A DNA stretch of 54,465 nt from Salinarchaeum sp. GTDB lineage: Archaea; Halobacteriota; Halobacteria; Halobacteriales; SKNY01. The notes below the pieces were generated by a model. It was not told the DNA's origin, ran no database searches, and saw only the letters and a list, made by a program, of their open reading frames with translations. The translations under genes were made by a program, and so were the position numbers. The stretch is taken from NCBI GenBank assembly GCA_007123105.1, contig SKNY01000013.1, forward strand, positions 1-54,465. Direction: 5' to 3'. This document shows, in pieces, positions 39,316-49,229 of this stretch (within the stretch, counting starts at the first letter, position 1; every line of letters begins with the position of its first letter).

Positions 39316-40236
39316 ATGGCAACAACGACGGCTGCGGTAAAGCAGATCAGCGAGGCACAAAAACGGGAGTTCAAGGAGCTCGGTTTTCTGGTAATCCGCG
39401 ACGGCATCGAATCAGAGCTTATCCAGGAGGCAAGCGACGTGATGTGGGCGGCGATGCCCCACGACAAGGACGATTACGAGGCCATCCTCGATCCAGACAC
39501 GCCCTCGCCCTCGGGCGTCCAGGATGCAATGGAAACCAACGAACCAATTGCCGAGATCAACCAGCGCCTCCACGCCTACGGCGAACAGCTCGTCGGCGAG
39601 GGGACGCTGGGCGCGCCCGGGGACCGCACGCATCTTGCGCTCCGGTATCCGAAGGGCGTGCGATCGAACGATCCGCGGGCGCCACAGGTGAGCACTGACC
39701 TGAACTCCCACATCGATGGATGGGGCAACGAATTCGAACTTGACGAGGACGAGGTGGGCTATAACACCATGTTCGCCATCGCGTACCTCGATCGTGTCCG
39801 GCCACAGGGCGGTGGGTTTACCGTCTGGCCTGGGTCACACTGGACTGCGGGCGAATACTTCCAGTCCCACTCGTTAAAGAGCGGGAAGGGTGGCGTCCCG
39901 GGGATTTCCGAGGAGGGCCGGTGGGACTACGACATGAGACGCTCCGATCAGGCGGACGGATTCGAACTGTGGGGTGAGGCTGGTACGGTCATTCTCGCCC
40001 ATTATAAGATCGAGCACTCGGCGGGCATCAATCTCAGTCCAAACGTTCGCTCGGCCGCAATCACCCGGTTGTCCCGGGAAGACGGCGACGAGATCAAACA
40101 CGAGGCGGCAAAGGATATCTGGAAGTACTGGCCAGCGATGCAGGACGTGGAGGTCTATCCCGGCTTCGAGGAATCCGTCATCGAGGAACAGCCATCCGGC
40201 GGGCCGACCTATATCTTAGAGCGGCGCCGCTACTGA
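39316..40236 (+). CDS. Phytanoyl-CoA dioxygenase (PhyH) family Fe(II)/2-oxoglutarate oxygenase
   Basis: F.ELGFLVI start, HID (HxD), GGFTVWPGSH, G.AGTV, distal H in IEHSAGIN, Arg in NVR. Confidence 0.85.
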   Translation: MATTTAAVKQISEAQKREFKELGFLVIRDGIESELIQEASDVMWAAMPHDKDDYEAILDPDTPSPSGVQDAMETNEPIAEINQRLHAYGEQLVGEGTLGAPGDRTHLALRYPKGVRSNDPRAPQVSTDLNSHIDGWGNEFELDEDEVGYNTMFAIAYLDRVRPQGGGFTVWPGSHWTAGEYFQSHSLKSGKGGVPGISEEGRWDYDMRRSDQADGFELWGEAGTVILAHYKIEHSAGINLSPNVRSAAITRLSREDGDEIKHEAAKDIWKYWPAMQDVEVYPGFEESVIEEQPSGGPTYILERRRY

Positions 40237-40964
40237 GCGTCGAGCGCGCGTTGTGCCTCCCGGAGACGAAATCGACCCTCGTAGAGGGCCGTCCCGACGA
40301 CGATGGCGTCTGCTCCCGCATCGCGGAGGGAAAGGAGATCCGCTACGGTCGCAACGCCACCACTTGCGATGATGGGGATCGCAATTGCATCGGCCATGGC
40401 TGCGATGCGGTCGGTGCTCACCCCGGCGAGTTGCCCCTCGACGTCGACGTCGGTGCACAGAATCGCCCCGGCACCACGGTCGGCAAATCGCGCAGCCGCT
40501 TCTACTGGATCGATGCCCGTTCCCGTCGTCCATCCCTCCACGACCACCTCACCAGCCTTTGCGTCGAGACTCACGACGATCCGCTCTGGGTACGCTGTCG
40601 CTAATGTCTCGACGAGGTCTGGCGCTTCCATTGCGGCCGTACCGAGGATCACCCGGTCGATGCCTCCTTCTAGCAATGATCTTGCCTCCGCTTCGGTCCG
40701 GATCCCACCGCCGAGCTGGACTGGAACGTCGACTGCCTCGACCACCGTGGCGATCGCGTCAGCGTTGACTCGCTCCCCCTCGAAGGCGCCGTCCAGATCG
40801 ACGAGGTGGAGCGCCGTCGCCCCTGCCTCGATCCATCGCCTGGCGGCCGTTTTCGGGTCCCCGTACCGCCGTTCGGTACCGCGACGCCCCTGCACTAGCT
40901 GGACTACCTCTCCATCCTGAACGTCGATCGCTGGGATGACCGTCGTGCCCGTCCCGCCGAACAT
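40230..40964 (-). CDS. hisA: ProFAR isomerase HisA
   Basis: VIPAID.QDGEVVQLVQG, LHLVDLDGAF, QLGGGIR, IASGGV, VGTALY. Confidence 0.95.
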   Translation of the reverse strand: MFGGTGTTVIPAIDVQDGEVVQLVQGRRGTERRYGDPKTAARRWIEAGATALHLVDLDGAFEGERVNADAIATVVEAVDVPVQLGGGIRTEAEARSLLEGGIDRVILGTAAMEAPDLVETLATAYPERIVVSLDAKAGEVVVEGWTTGTGIDPVEAAARFADRGAGAILCTDVDVEGQLAGVSTDRIAAMADAIAIPIIASGGVATVADLLSLRDAGADAIVVGTALYEGRFRLREAQRALDAQ

Positions 40965-41045
40965 GTCCGAGCCTCGCCCGGGGGTATGCCTAAGCCCATC
41001 GGATCCACCCCCAACGTCTTCAGGCTTCCATGCTTCGTGTGGTGC

Positions 41046-41603
41046 ATGGGTACCGTGATCGGAATGCGACATGGCGGGGACGTTACCATCGCCGGCGACC
41101 GACGAGTCAGCGTCGATGGCTCGGTCCGCTCGAACGACCACCGACACGTCGTCGAGGTTCGTGGTATCGGGATCGGGATCACTGGTCGTCCGGGTGACAT
41201 CCGGTCGTTCCGCGACCGGTTGGACGAACAGCTCCGGACGTACGAACACCGCGGGGCAGGCACCGTCCGGGCAACCGTGCTCGAGCAGCTGCTCGGGAAC
41301 CTCGCCGACCGCTTTGACGTGGCCTGTCTCGCGGTTGCTCCCGACAACGATGGTACGCCCCGGCTCCTTCGCTGCGGAGAAGACGGGGGGTGTACGGACG
41401 AACCCATGGCCAGCATCGGCTCTGGTGCGGCCGTTGCAATCGGTCAGCTCGAGGCGATCGATTCGGATACGGTCGACCCGACGACACTCGTCGACCTGCT
41501 CGGCGCCGTCGCCGAACGGGACGCCGGGACCAATGATCGAATCGATCTGTGGTCGGCATCGTCGGGACTCACGACCGCGGATAACGAAGGAAAAACGGAC
41601 TAA
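41046..41603 (+). CDS. Proteasome-beta-like Ntn-fold protein, probably non-catalytic
   Basis: MGTVIG...[18 protein letters not shown] and ERDAGT resemble beta-subunit motifs; no propeptide, no Thr1. Confidence 0.7.
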   Translation: MGTVIGMRHGGDVTIAGDRRVSVDGSVRSNDHRHVVEVRGIGIGITGRPGDIRSFRDRLDEQLRTYEHRGAGTVRATVLEQLLGNLADRFDVACLAVAPDNDGTPRLLRCGEDGGCTDEPMASIGSGAAVAIGQLEAIDSDTVDPTTLVDLLGAVAERDAGTNDRIDLWSASSGLTTADNEGKTD

Positions 41604-43786
41604 ATGTAGTCGGTCCCGAGGGGCAACTCGAGCTTGAGCCCTTTCCGTTCCCGGATCTCCATGATCGTCTCGCGCTGGAGACTCTGGGACATCACTCGGA
41701 ATCCGGCGTTCTCCATGTTCCAGTGGGCTCGACCCTCGGTGGCAGATCGGATGTCGCTCGAAAAGCCGATCATCTCCTCGACCGGCGCGATCCCTTCGAC
41801 TACCATGAGATCGCCCTCCTGGTACATGTCGTCGACCCGCCCACGACGGCCCTGGATCTCGCCAGAGGCCGCGCCCATGTAATCGGACGGAACCTCGATG
41901 TAGACGTTCTGGATCGGCTCGAGCAGAACGATCTCCGCATCGATCAATGCGTTGTGTACTGCCGAGCGCACCGCCGGAATCACCTGGGCCGGTCCACGGT
42001 GGATCGCGTCCTCGTGGAGGCGCGCATCGTGCAGCCGTAACAACGTCCCCTGGACCGGTTCGCGGGCGAGCGGCCCTTCATCGACCCCGTCGTCGAGCCC
42101 TTCCAGCACGAGCTCCATCGTCTCGTTCAGATACTGGATCCCTTTCGTGTCGTCGACGAACAGATTGGTCCCAAACGCGGCCTCGACGTTCTGAGCGGTA
42201 TCCTGGTCGACCCCGGCTTCCTGGAGTGCCTCGCGGCGCTCCTGTTCGGGAGCATCCATCGAAATTTCACCCATCCGCAGCCCGGCGACAACGTCCTCGG
42301 GGAGCGGTTCGGCGGAGATGTAAAACCGGTTGTGCCGGTTCGGTGAGATCCCCTCGACGACGTCGCTTACCTGCTGGACGGCCTCTCGGTAGACGACGAT
42401 TGGTTCGCCCGTCCGGACCGGAATGTCGTGGTTGCGCTCGATCCGGTGGGTGATCACTTCGAGGTGGAGCTCACCCTGTCCCGAGAGCAGGTGTTCGCCC
42501 GTGTCCTCATTGATCGAGACCTCGATGGTCGGATCTTCTTTCTGGACGGTTCGAAGTACTTCGATGAGCTTCGGCAGGTCGTCCATTCGGTCGGCTTCGA
42601 TCGACTTCGTGATGACCGGCTCGGAGATGTGCTCGATCGTCTCGAACGGCGTCATCTCCACCGATGAGACCGTCGAGCCGGCGATCGCATCCCGCAATCC
42701 GGTTACGGCGGCGATGTTCCCTGCGGGGACGTACTCGACTTCCTCGCGTTCGCCGCCCATGAAAATCCCGACACTCTGGATGCGGTTGGTCCCCGCGGTG
42801 CCGGAGACATAGAGGTCTTGGCCCTTCTCGAGCGTCCCGGAGAACACCCGGCCGGTGGCGATCTCGCCGGCGTGGGGATCCATCGAGATATCGGTCACCA
42901 TGAAGACGACCTCGCCGTCGTCGTCGACATCACGCATCGAAATCGCGAGTTCGGATTCGGCGTCACCACGCCAGATCCGCGGAATCCGGCGCGGCTGTGC
43001 GTCGATCGGGTCGGGGAAGTGCTCACACACCATGTCGAGCACGACGTTGGACAGCGGCGTCCGCTCGTGGAGCTCCTGGCGCTGGCCGGACTGCTCGAGG
43101 TCGATGATCTCGCCGAAGTCCATGCCGGTTTCCTGCATGGATGGCAGGGACACCCCCCACTTGTACAGGGCCGAACCGAACGCAACCGTTCCATCTTCGA
43201 CCGAGACCGTCCAGTTCCCGACGTCCTCCATCTCCTCGGTCATCCCGCGGATGAGCTCGTTGACGTCGCGGATCACACCGAGCAACCGCGATTGCATCTC
43301 TTCGGGGCCTTCCTGGAGCTCGGAGATCAACCGGTCGACCTTGTTGATGAACAGTGTCGGCTTCACGCCTTCCCGGAGTGCTTGGCGCAGGACCGTTTCG
43401 GTCTGGGGCATGGCACCTTCGACCGCGTCGACGACGACCATCGCACCGTCGACCGCGCGCATTGCGCGGGTCACGTCGCCCCCGAAGTCGACGTGACCAG
43501 GGGTGTCGATGAGGTTGATGAGGTAGTCATCACCTTCGTATTCGTGCGTCATCGAGACGTTGGCGGCGTCGATGGTAATCCCCCGCTCTTGTTCGTCCTC
43601 CTCGGTGTCCATCGCGAGCTGTTCGCCCGCGGTCTCCTGGGAAATCATCCCGGCACCCGCCAGCAGGTTGTCGCTCAGCGTCGTCTTCCCGTGGTCGACG
43701 TGGGCGGCAATGGCAATGTTCCGGATGTGCTCCGGTTGGTCCATCAGCCGGACACATTGGTCGACGATCTTCTTCCGTCTGCCCAT
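41600..43786 (-). CDS. fusA: Elongation factor aEF-2
   Basis: [26 protein letters not shown], diphthamide loop [11 protein letters not shown]. Confidence 0.98.
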   Translation of the reverse strand: MGRRKKIVDQCVRLMDQPEHIRNIAIAAHVDHGKTTLSDNLLAGAGMISQETAGEQLAMDTEEDEQERGITIDAANVSMTHEYEGDDYLINLIDTPGHVDFGGDVTRAMRAVDGAMVVVDAVEGAMPQTETVLRQALREGVKPTLFINKVDRLISELQEGPEEMQSRLLGVIRDVNELIRGMTEEMEDVGNWTVSVEDGTVAFGSALYKWGVSLPSMQETGMDFGEIIDLEQSGQRQELHERTPLSNVVLDMVCEHFPDPIDAQPRRIPRIWRGDAESELAISMRDVDDDGEVVFMVTDISMDPHAGEIATGRVFSGTLEKGQDLYVSGTAGTNRIQSVGIFMGGEREEVEYVPAGNIAAVTGLRDAIAGSTVSSVEMTPFETIEHISEPVITKSIEADRMDDLPKLIEVLRTVQKEDPTIEVSINEDTGEHLLSGQGELHLEVITHRIERNHDIPVRTGEPIVVYREAVQQVSDVVEGISPNRHNRFYISAEPLPEDVVAGLRMGEISMDAPEQERREALQEAGVDQDTAQNVEAAFGTNLFVDDTKGIQYLNETMELVLEGLDDGVDEGPLAREPVQGTLLRLHDARLHEDAIHRGPAQVIPAVRSAVHNALIDAEIVLLEPIQNVYIEVPSDYMGAASGEIQGRRGRVDDMYQEGDLMVVEGIAPVEEMIGFSSDIRSATEGRAHWNMENAGFRVMSQSLQRETIMEIRERKGLKLELPLGTDYI

Positions 43787-43901
43787 GATGACACAACCTA
43801 CCTGTACGACGTAGAAAAGGATGCTGTTTCGACGAGCTGTGGCACACACAACCGCATGGCGCCCGAAATCGTCATACGGCCGTAGACCTTACATGGGGCC
43901 G

Positions 43902-44666
43902 ATGGAGGTAGCCGTGCAGGGCGGTGCGAGACCCACGCCGTTTCTGCAAGCCCGCGATCTCTTCGAGACCGAGTTCGACCTTGACTTACCCGTTCGTGTC
44001 TACGTCAGGTCGGACCCGGACGAACGGACGTGGGCCAGTCACCCGGGCGGCCACCACGTACTGAACATCTCGAACGCGGCCGCCCGAAGCGCGATGGCCT
44101 GCGAGCTCGCGCTCCACGAGTTCGCGCACATGTACCGGTACGAACAGGAACACGTCTCTCACCGACATCCGACCGAGGAGGCGATCTATCTCACGCTCGC
44201 TGGCCGCCGGACGGCGACCGAAACGATCACCCACTGCTATCAGATCGCAAATCACGTCAAAGACATTTATGCCGACGATTTGACCCTCCGATTCGTCTCC
44301 GGGAGAAAGCTGGTTACCTTCCTGGAATCGCAACTCGCACGTGCGGTCGCCGAGAACGGTATCGGGGACCACGTCTCCGGTGGGGTCCGCCATCCTACGA
44401 TCGACCCCGAACTGGCTGCCGTCAACGCCGCCTTTGCGGCAGGGCTCGTCGACCGCCATGACCTGATCGGTTCGAGCCACGATCTGTATACCTTCGCCGA
44501 CATCCTGGCGTATGACGCTCCGACCATCCCGTTCCAGCGGCTCCGCGGGCTATTCGGCGACTTACCCGAGGATCCGACCGTGAGTCAGTTCCGGCGATCG
44601 CTGACCGATGCCATTCAAACGTACGTCGACGCGACCGAACCGGGTGGCGAACCGAAAAGTAGTTAA
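43902..44666 (+). CDS. DUF5781-like protein with HExxH motif
   Basis: PFL.ARDLFETE, DPDERTW, ELALHEFAHM; lies between rps7 and fusA. Confidence 0.8.
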   Translation: MEVAVQGGARPTPFLQARDLFETEFDLDLPVRVYVRSDPDERTWASHPGGHHVLNISNAAARSAMACELALHEFAHMYRYEQEHVSHRHPTEEAIYLTLAGRRTATETITHCYQIANHVKDIYADDLTLRFVSGRKLVTFLESQLARAVAENGIGDHVSGGVRHPTIDPELAAVNAAFAAGLVDRHDLIGSSHDLYTFADILAYDAPTIPFQRLRGLFGDLPEDPTVSQFRRSLTDAIQTYVDATEPGGEPKSS

Positions 44667-45293
44667 TTACCTGGCCGCCGCGGCGACCCGTTCTTTCTCT
44701 TCTTTTTGACCGACAGCGTACGTCTGGACGTCGTTATCCGCAGCACCGAGGAGTTGACTGGCGAGTGCTTCCGCAGCGCTGGTCGGGGACTTATGGGATG
44801 CGTTGTGTGTCCCTTCGGCGATGAACTTGATCGCCTGATCGACCCGGCGTTGCGGACTCACGTCGACGGCCTGAGGGACCGAGATGCCGCCATACTTGAG
44901 CCGGACCGTCTCCTCGCGCGGGGCGGCGTGTTCAATCGCCCGAACCAGGATTTGGATCGGATTTTCGTCGGTCCGGTCGTGGACGATCTCGAAGGCCTCG
45001 CGGACGACGCGAATCGTCTGCTGCTTCTGGCCCGTGTTCTCCTGGCGTTGCATGAGGCGGTTAACCAGCCGCTCAACGATGCTGATCTCGCTCTTTTCGA
45101 ACTGTTTCTGGGAGTGTCTGCCCATGGTGTGGGCAATCGGCGTTACGGTGATGTACCGCTCCGTACTGGGGTCGGAGAAGACGATCCCGTCGACGGACCA
45201 CCGGCCAAACAGCAACGCGTCGGTCGTGGCTTCCGTTCCTTCGGATGCCTCGGCCTCGGCTTCGGCTTCGGATTCGGCTTCTTCGGCGCTCAT
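44667..45293 (-). CDS. rps7: 30S ribosomal protein S7
   Basis: [41 protein letters not shown]. Confidence 0.97.
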   Translation of the reverse strand: MSAEEAESEAEAEAEASEGTEATTDALLFGRWSVDGIVFSDPSTERYITVTPIAHTMGRHSQKQFEKSEISIVERLVNRLMQRQENTGQKQQTIRVVREAFEIVHDRTDENPIQILVRAIEHAAPREETVRLKYGGISVPQAVDVSPQRRVDQAIKFIAEGTHNASHKSPTSAAEALASQLLGAADNDVQTYAVGQKEEKERVAAAAR

Positions 45294-45718
45294 CGGACCG
45301 GCTTCTCCTGATTACCGCGCACGAGCTCCTCGAGGCTCACACCGTTTACCTTCTCGACTTTGTAGTTGACCCCCGAGATGTCGCCCATCGCACGCCCCTT
45401 GGCGCCGCCGATGCCGGCGATCGTGACCTCGTCGTGTTCGTCGATGAACGAGACGGCACCGTCGCCGGGGAGAAATGCACTCACCTGCTTACCGTTCTTA
45501 ATCAGCTGGACCCGGACGCACTTTCGGAGCGCCGAGTTGGGCTGTTTCGCCTCGATCGCGATCTTCTCGAGGACGATCCCGCGGGCCTGTGGGGCTCCCT
45601 CGAGCGGGTCGGTCTTCTCCCGCAATCCCCGTTCGCGCCGGGCGTATTGCGAGTCGGACCAGCGATGTCGTTGCCGGTCCTGCTTGAGCTTCCGTGCCGC
45701 GTACTTTCCGTTCGCCAT
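45290..45718 (-). CDS. rps12: 30S ribosomal protein S12
   Basis: [40 protein letters not shown]-like box upstream. Confidence 0.97.
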   Translation of the reverse strand: MANGKYAARKLKQDRQRHRWSDSQYARRERGLREKTDPLEGAPQARGIVLEKIAIEAKQPNSALRKCVRVQLIKNGKQVSAFLPGDGAVSFIDEHDEVTIAGIGGAKGRAMGDISGVNYKVEKVNGVSLEELVRGNQEKPVR

Positions 45719-45830
45719 TCGTGGGTCTAGTTCCAGGTCAGGGTACTTAAGCGGTTTGAGCTTCCCCTGCGCTCGTGACGCCCTATCACGACGCGAAAGC
45801 TTAGGCCACTTCCCGGGAAACCTCGTCGAT

Positions 45831-46577
45831 ATGCGAATCAGCTTTACCAGCGTGGCCGCCCCCGAGCTGTCCATCGAGGAAATGATCGACTTCGCGGCGG
45901 AGGTCGGCTACGACGCCATCGAGCTTCGATGTGACTATCCCGAGGACCCACACGCCCACGGCGTATCGGCAGGCCATCGCGAGGTAGCCCCGACCACCTC
46001 AACCGAACGGGACGCGATCGTCGATCGACTCGAGCGAACAGGCGTGGACATCTGTCTACTGGGAACGTCGTGTGCCTTTGCGCACGCGGATCCGGACCGC
46101 AGGACTGCCAACGAGGACGAGGCGATCGAGTACGCATCGCTGGCCGCGTCCCTAGGGGTACCGTTCGTCCGCGTCTTCGGTGGCGCTCTCCCCGAGGAGC
46201 TAACGTGGGAGGAAGGCCGCGATCACATCGTTGCCAGCCTCGAGCGGGTCTGTGCCGGGGCGGCCGAGCACGACGTCTCGATCATGTTCGAACAACACGA
46301 CGAGTGGGACGAGGCGGACGTGCTCGTCGACATCGTTACCGCCGTCGACGCGGACAATCTCGGCATTCTCTGGCATCTCACTCAGGAACAGGCGCCGCTC
46401 GAGACGATGGACGCTCATCTCAAACACCTTCACGTTCGCGAGTACGGCCTGTTTATGGCTGATCTGGTCGCCCTACTCGACGAGCAGGGGTACGATGGGT
46501 ATCTCTCCTACGAACGAGGCACCGGCGAGGAATCGCTGCGTGACTTTCACGCGACCGTCCGGCCGATGCTTTCGTAA
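45831..46577 (+). CDS. Sugar phosphate isomerase/epimerase (xylose-isomerase-like TIM barrel)
   Basis: [34 protein letters not shown]. Confidence 0.85.
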   Translation: MRISFTSVAAPELSIEEMIDFAAEVGYDAIELRCDYPEDPHAHGVSAGHREVAPTTSTERDAIVDRLERTGVDICLLGTSCAFAHADPDRRTANEDEAIEYASLAASLGVPFVRVFGGALPEELTWEEGRDHIVASLERVCAGAAEHDVSIMFEQHDEWDEADVLVDIVTAVDADNLGILWHLTQEQAPLETMDAHLKHLHVREYGLFMADLVALLDEQGYDGYLSYERGTGEESLRDFHATVRPMLS

Positions 46578-47339
46578 CTAGGCCGTCCAGTCGTCGAGGA
46601 AGCCGGCCATTCGATCGACCCACGCATCGACCATTGCCTCGCCCTTCTCTGCGGACGCACCGAACGGATCGCCGCCGGTTCCCGTCGTTTCGTGTTCGTG
46701 TTCGAGGGTGTTTTCGACCGGTTCGTAGAGTAGCTCCTCGTGATCGGTCACCACCTCACCGTCCCAGCGTCCTGTCGACTCCTCTGCGACCGCGCGGTCC
46801 ATGTGAACGAGTTCCGGCCGGAGCGCGAGCATGATCGACGTCTCCGGTTCGTGGGCGTGCCCGCCGAAATGCTCGGCGGTCTCCTGAATCACGTCAAGGA
46901 TCGGCGATGACCAGTACCCCATCGTCATGAGCTCGACGTCCGGTTCGTCATCAGCGACCTTCCGAGCGACCTCCTTGATGATCCCCTCGTGTTCCGGGTG
47001 ACCCGTCAAGAGCAGGATGCGGTCGGCCCCGTGGTGGATGAGCCCGTCGGTAATTTCCCGGAAGGTCCGTTCGACGACATCGTGTGAAATCGTGATACCG
47101 CCCGGCCAGTCTCGCGTTGCCGGCACGAACCCATAATACACCGGCGGCATGACGATGACGTTCGCCTCGTCCGCGAGCCGTTTGGCCAGCTCGTGGGGGA
47201 CGATCGCATCCGAGCCCAGCGGCAGGTGGAGGCCGTGCTGTTCGAGCGTGCCGAGTGGTACGATCGGGACCGCACCGTCCGCAAACCGATCGCGGGCCTC
47301 TGGCCACGTCATCTCCTCGAGTTGCGCATTGTCGTCCAT
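46578..47339 (-). CDS. Creatininase-family amidohydrolase
   Basis: LEEMTWPE, PLGTLEQHGLHLPLGSD, PGGIT, GHAHEPETS, ASAEKG. Confidence 0.9.
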   Translation of the reverse strand: MDDNAQLEEMTWPEARDRFADGAVPIVPLGTLEQHGLHLPLGSDAIVPHELAKRLADEANVIVMPPVYYGFVPATRDWPGGITISHDVVERTFREITDGLIHHGADRILLLTGHPEHEGIIKEVARKVADDEPDVELMTMGYWSSPILDVIQETAEHFGGHAHEPETSIMLALRPELVHMDRAVAEESTGRWDGEVVTDHEELLYEPVENTLEHEHETTGTGGDPFGASAEKGEAMVDAWVDRMAGFLDDWTA

Positions 47340-47389
47340 ATCAGTGGCTGCTGGGACGGAAGGACACAAGAAGTTATCCGAAGGGGTGG

Positions 47390-48418
47390 TCAGTCGAGCG
47401 GCAGCGACACCGGTTCGTTTCGCTCGGCCGACCGATACGCGCCGAGCACAACCTCGACATCCTTGCGGGCATCCTCGGCCGGTACTGGTACCTCCGTGTC
47501 CTGCTCGACTGCACGGGCGAACTCCTCAAAGAAGTTGAACGAGAACGGCTCGGGTTCGACCTCGTGCCATTCGTTCGCATCCCCGATGTGCGTCTCCTCG
47601 CTGGTCCGGAGTCGGACGGGATTTGCGAGTTCGATCGTCCCGTGTTCGCCGTAGATGCGGTTGTACGGGCCGCCATCGAAGCCCGCCACGATAAAGCTCG
47701 AGGATTCGATGTTCCCGATCGCCCCGTTCTCATACCTGACGGTGACACAAATGAAGTCCTCGACTTCGACGTCGGTGACGAACGTATCGCCCTCGGCGTA
47801 GACCCGCACTTCGTCGAGGCCGGTAATGTGTCGCATCCGGTCGATGTCGTGGATGTTGTTCATGATGAGGACGCCCCCGCCGGCCCCCTCTGCACGCTGG
47901 CGCCAGTCGGTCTCGATCCGGCCCGTGAAGCCACTCGACCAGTAGCTGTCGGGTTTGCGACCGAGGTAGACGATGCGGGTGCCGACGACTTCGCCGATCA
48001 GGCCGCTTTCGACCCACTCTTTGGCAAGTTGGGCACCTGCGGAAAAGCGGCCCAACGGGACGGAGAGCTTCACACCTTCTTCCTCGGCCACCGCGATCAT
48101 CTCGCGGGCGTCGGCGGCGCTCGTCGCGATCGGCTTTTCGACGACGACGTGCTTGCCAGCCCTGGCCGCTCGTATGGTTTGCTCGGCGTGGAGGTGATGT
48201 GGGGTCGCAATGTACACGAAATCGACGTCGGGGTGATTGATGACCTCGGCCTCGTCCGTCGTGTGGGGGACGTTGAATCGGTCGCCAATGTCTTCGGCGG
48301 CCCATTCGGCAACGTCCATGGCGATCCCGATCTCGATTCCTTCGGCTGCGTCGAGCTGCTCGGCTCGCGCCTTGCTAGTGATCTCTCCACAGCCGATGAT
48401 ACCAACCGTGAGGGTCAT
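47390..48418 (-). CDS. Gfo/Idh/MocA family oxidoreductase
   Basis: GIIGCG, ATPHHLH, GKHVVVEKP, GGGVLIMNNIHDID. Confidence 0.92.
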   Translation of the reverse strand: MTLTVGIIGCGEITSKARAEQLDAAEGIEIGIAMDVAEWAAEDIGDRFNVPHTTDEAEVINHPDVDFVYIATPHHLHAEQTIRAARAGKHVVVEKPIATSAADAREMIAVAEEEGVKLSVPLGRFSAGAQLAKEWVESGLIGEVVGTRIVYLGRKPDSYWSSGFTGRIETDWRQRAEGAGGGVLIMNNIHDIDRMRHITGLDEVRVYAEGDTFVTDVEVEDFICVTVRYENGAIGNIESSSFIVAGFDGGPYNRIYGEHGTIELANPVRLRTSEETHIGDANEWHEVEPEPFSFNFFEEFARAVEQDTEVPVPAEDARKDVEVVLGAYRSAERNEPVSLPLD

Positions 48419-49170
48419 GAAACCTCCTCGATCAGCCCCTGCAGGCGGTCGCCGGTCTCTCGAAGCTCCTCATCGGCGAGGTCCTCGCCCCGGATGATCT
48501 CGAGCGAAAACGCACCCTCATAGCCGATGTCCGCACATCGCGAGAACAGACTCGTATCGTCGAAGTCATCCTCGAGGACGTCTGCGTGCATGTGGACGTG
48601 CATCAGATCGTCTTCGATGGCCGCAAAATCAGCCTCGCTGATCGTCGCCCGGTTCCAGAGGATGCCGACGTTGTCGCTTTCGACCTGATCGAGGACTGCA
48701 TAGGCGTCTTCGGGACTCTCGACGATGTCGTGCATCGTCTCGAGCAGCGGCGTCACGCCGTGATCGGCCGCGTAGTCGCCGACCTCGGTGAACGCCTCGG
48801 CCGCGGCGGCGGCCGCCTCGTCATTCATTTCATCCTGGTCGCCCCCAGCGAAGATGCGGAGGACGTCTGCGCCGAGATCCCCGGCGAGTTCCGCATTGGC
48901 CTTTGCCGATTCGATCTGGGCGGCCCGTTCCTCGTCATCGACGTGGGCGAATTGCTCGCTGGTGGCGACGGCCGGAACGTCGATCCCCCGCTCGTCGAAG
49001 AGATCGACGACGGCCTGTCGCTCCTCGGCAGGCGTGTCCGGTTCCATGCCGTGGGCGTGGTCATTGTCGACCCGGAACTCGACGCCCTCGTAGGGTGTGT
49101 CGTCGATGAAGTCGGCGATCCGATCGATGTCCCAGGTCGGACAGACCCAGGTCATAAAACTCAGTTGCAT
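48415..49170 (-). CDS. Sugar phosphate isomerase/epimerase (xylose-isomerase-like TIM barrel)
   Basis: YEGVEFR, LRIFAGG, LETMHD, HVHMH, GYEGAFSLE; ATGA overlap with the downstream oxidoreductase. Confidence 0.85.
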   Translation of the reverse strand: MQLSFMTWVCPTWDIDRIADFIDDTPYEGVEFRVDNDHAHGMEPDTPAEERQAVVDLFDERGIDVPAVATSEQFAHVDDEERAAQIESAKANAELAGDLGADVLRIFAGGDQDEMNDEAAAAAAEAFTEVGDYAADHGVTPLLETMHDIVESPEDAYAVLDQVESDNVGILWNRATISEADFAAIEDDLMHVHMHADVLEDDFDDTSLFSRCADIGYEGAFSLEIIRGEDLADEELRETGDRLQGLIEEVS

Positions 49171-49229
49171 TCGGCCGGCGTTTCTCTCAAGCCTTTATAT
49201 AGTTACTGATTGTTATGATCGCTGACGTG

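Noticed and set aside
45245..45290. Hexamer repeat (gcttcg/gcctcg)
   Set aside because: Encodes the low-complexity EAEAEA N-terminus of S7, common in haloarchaea.
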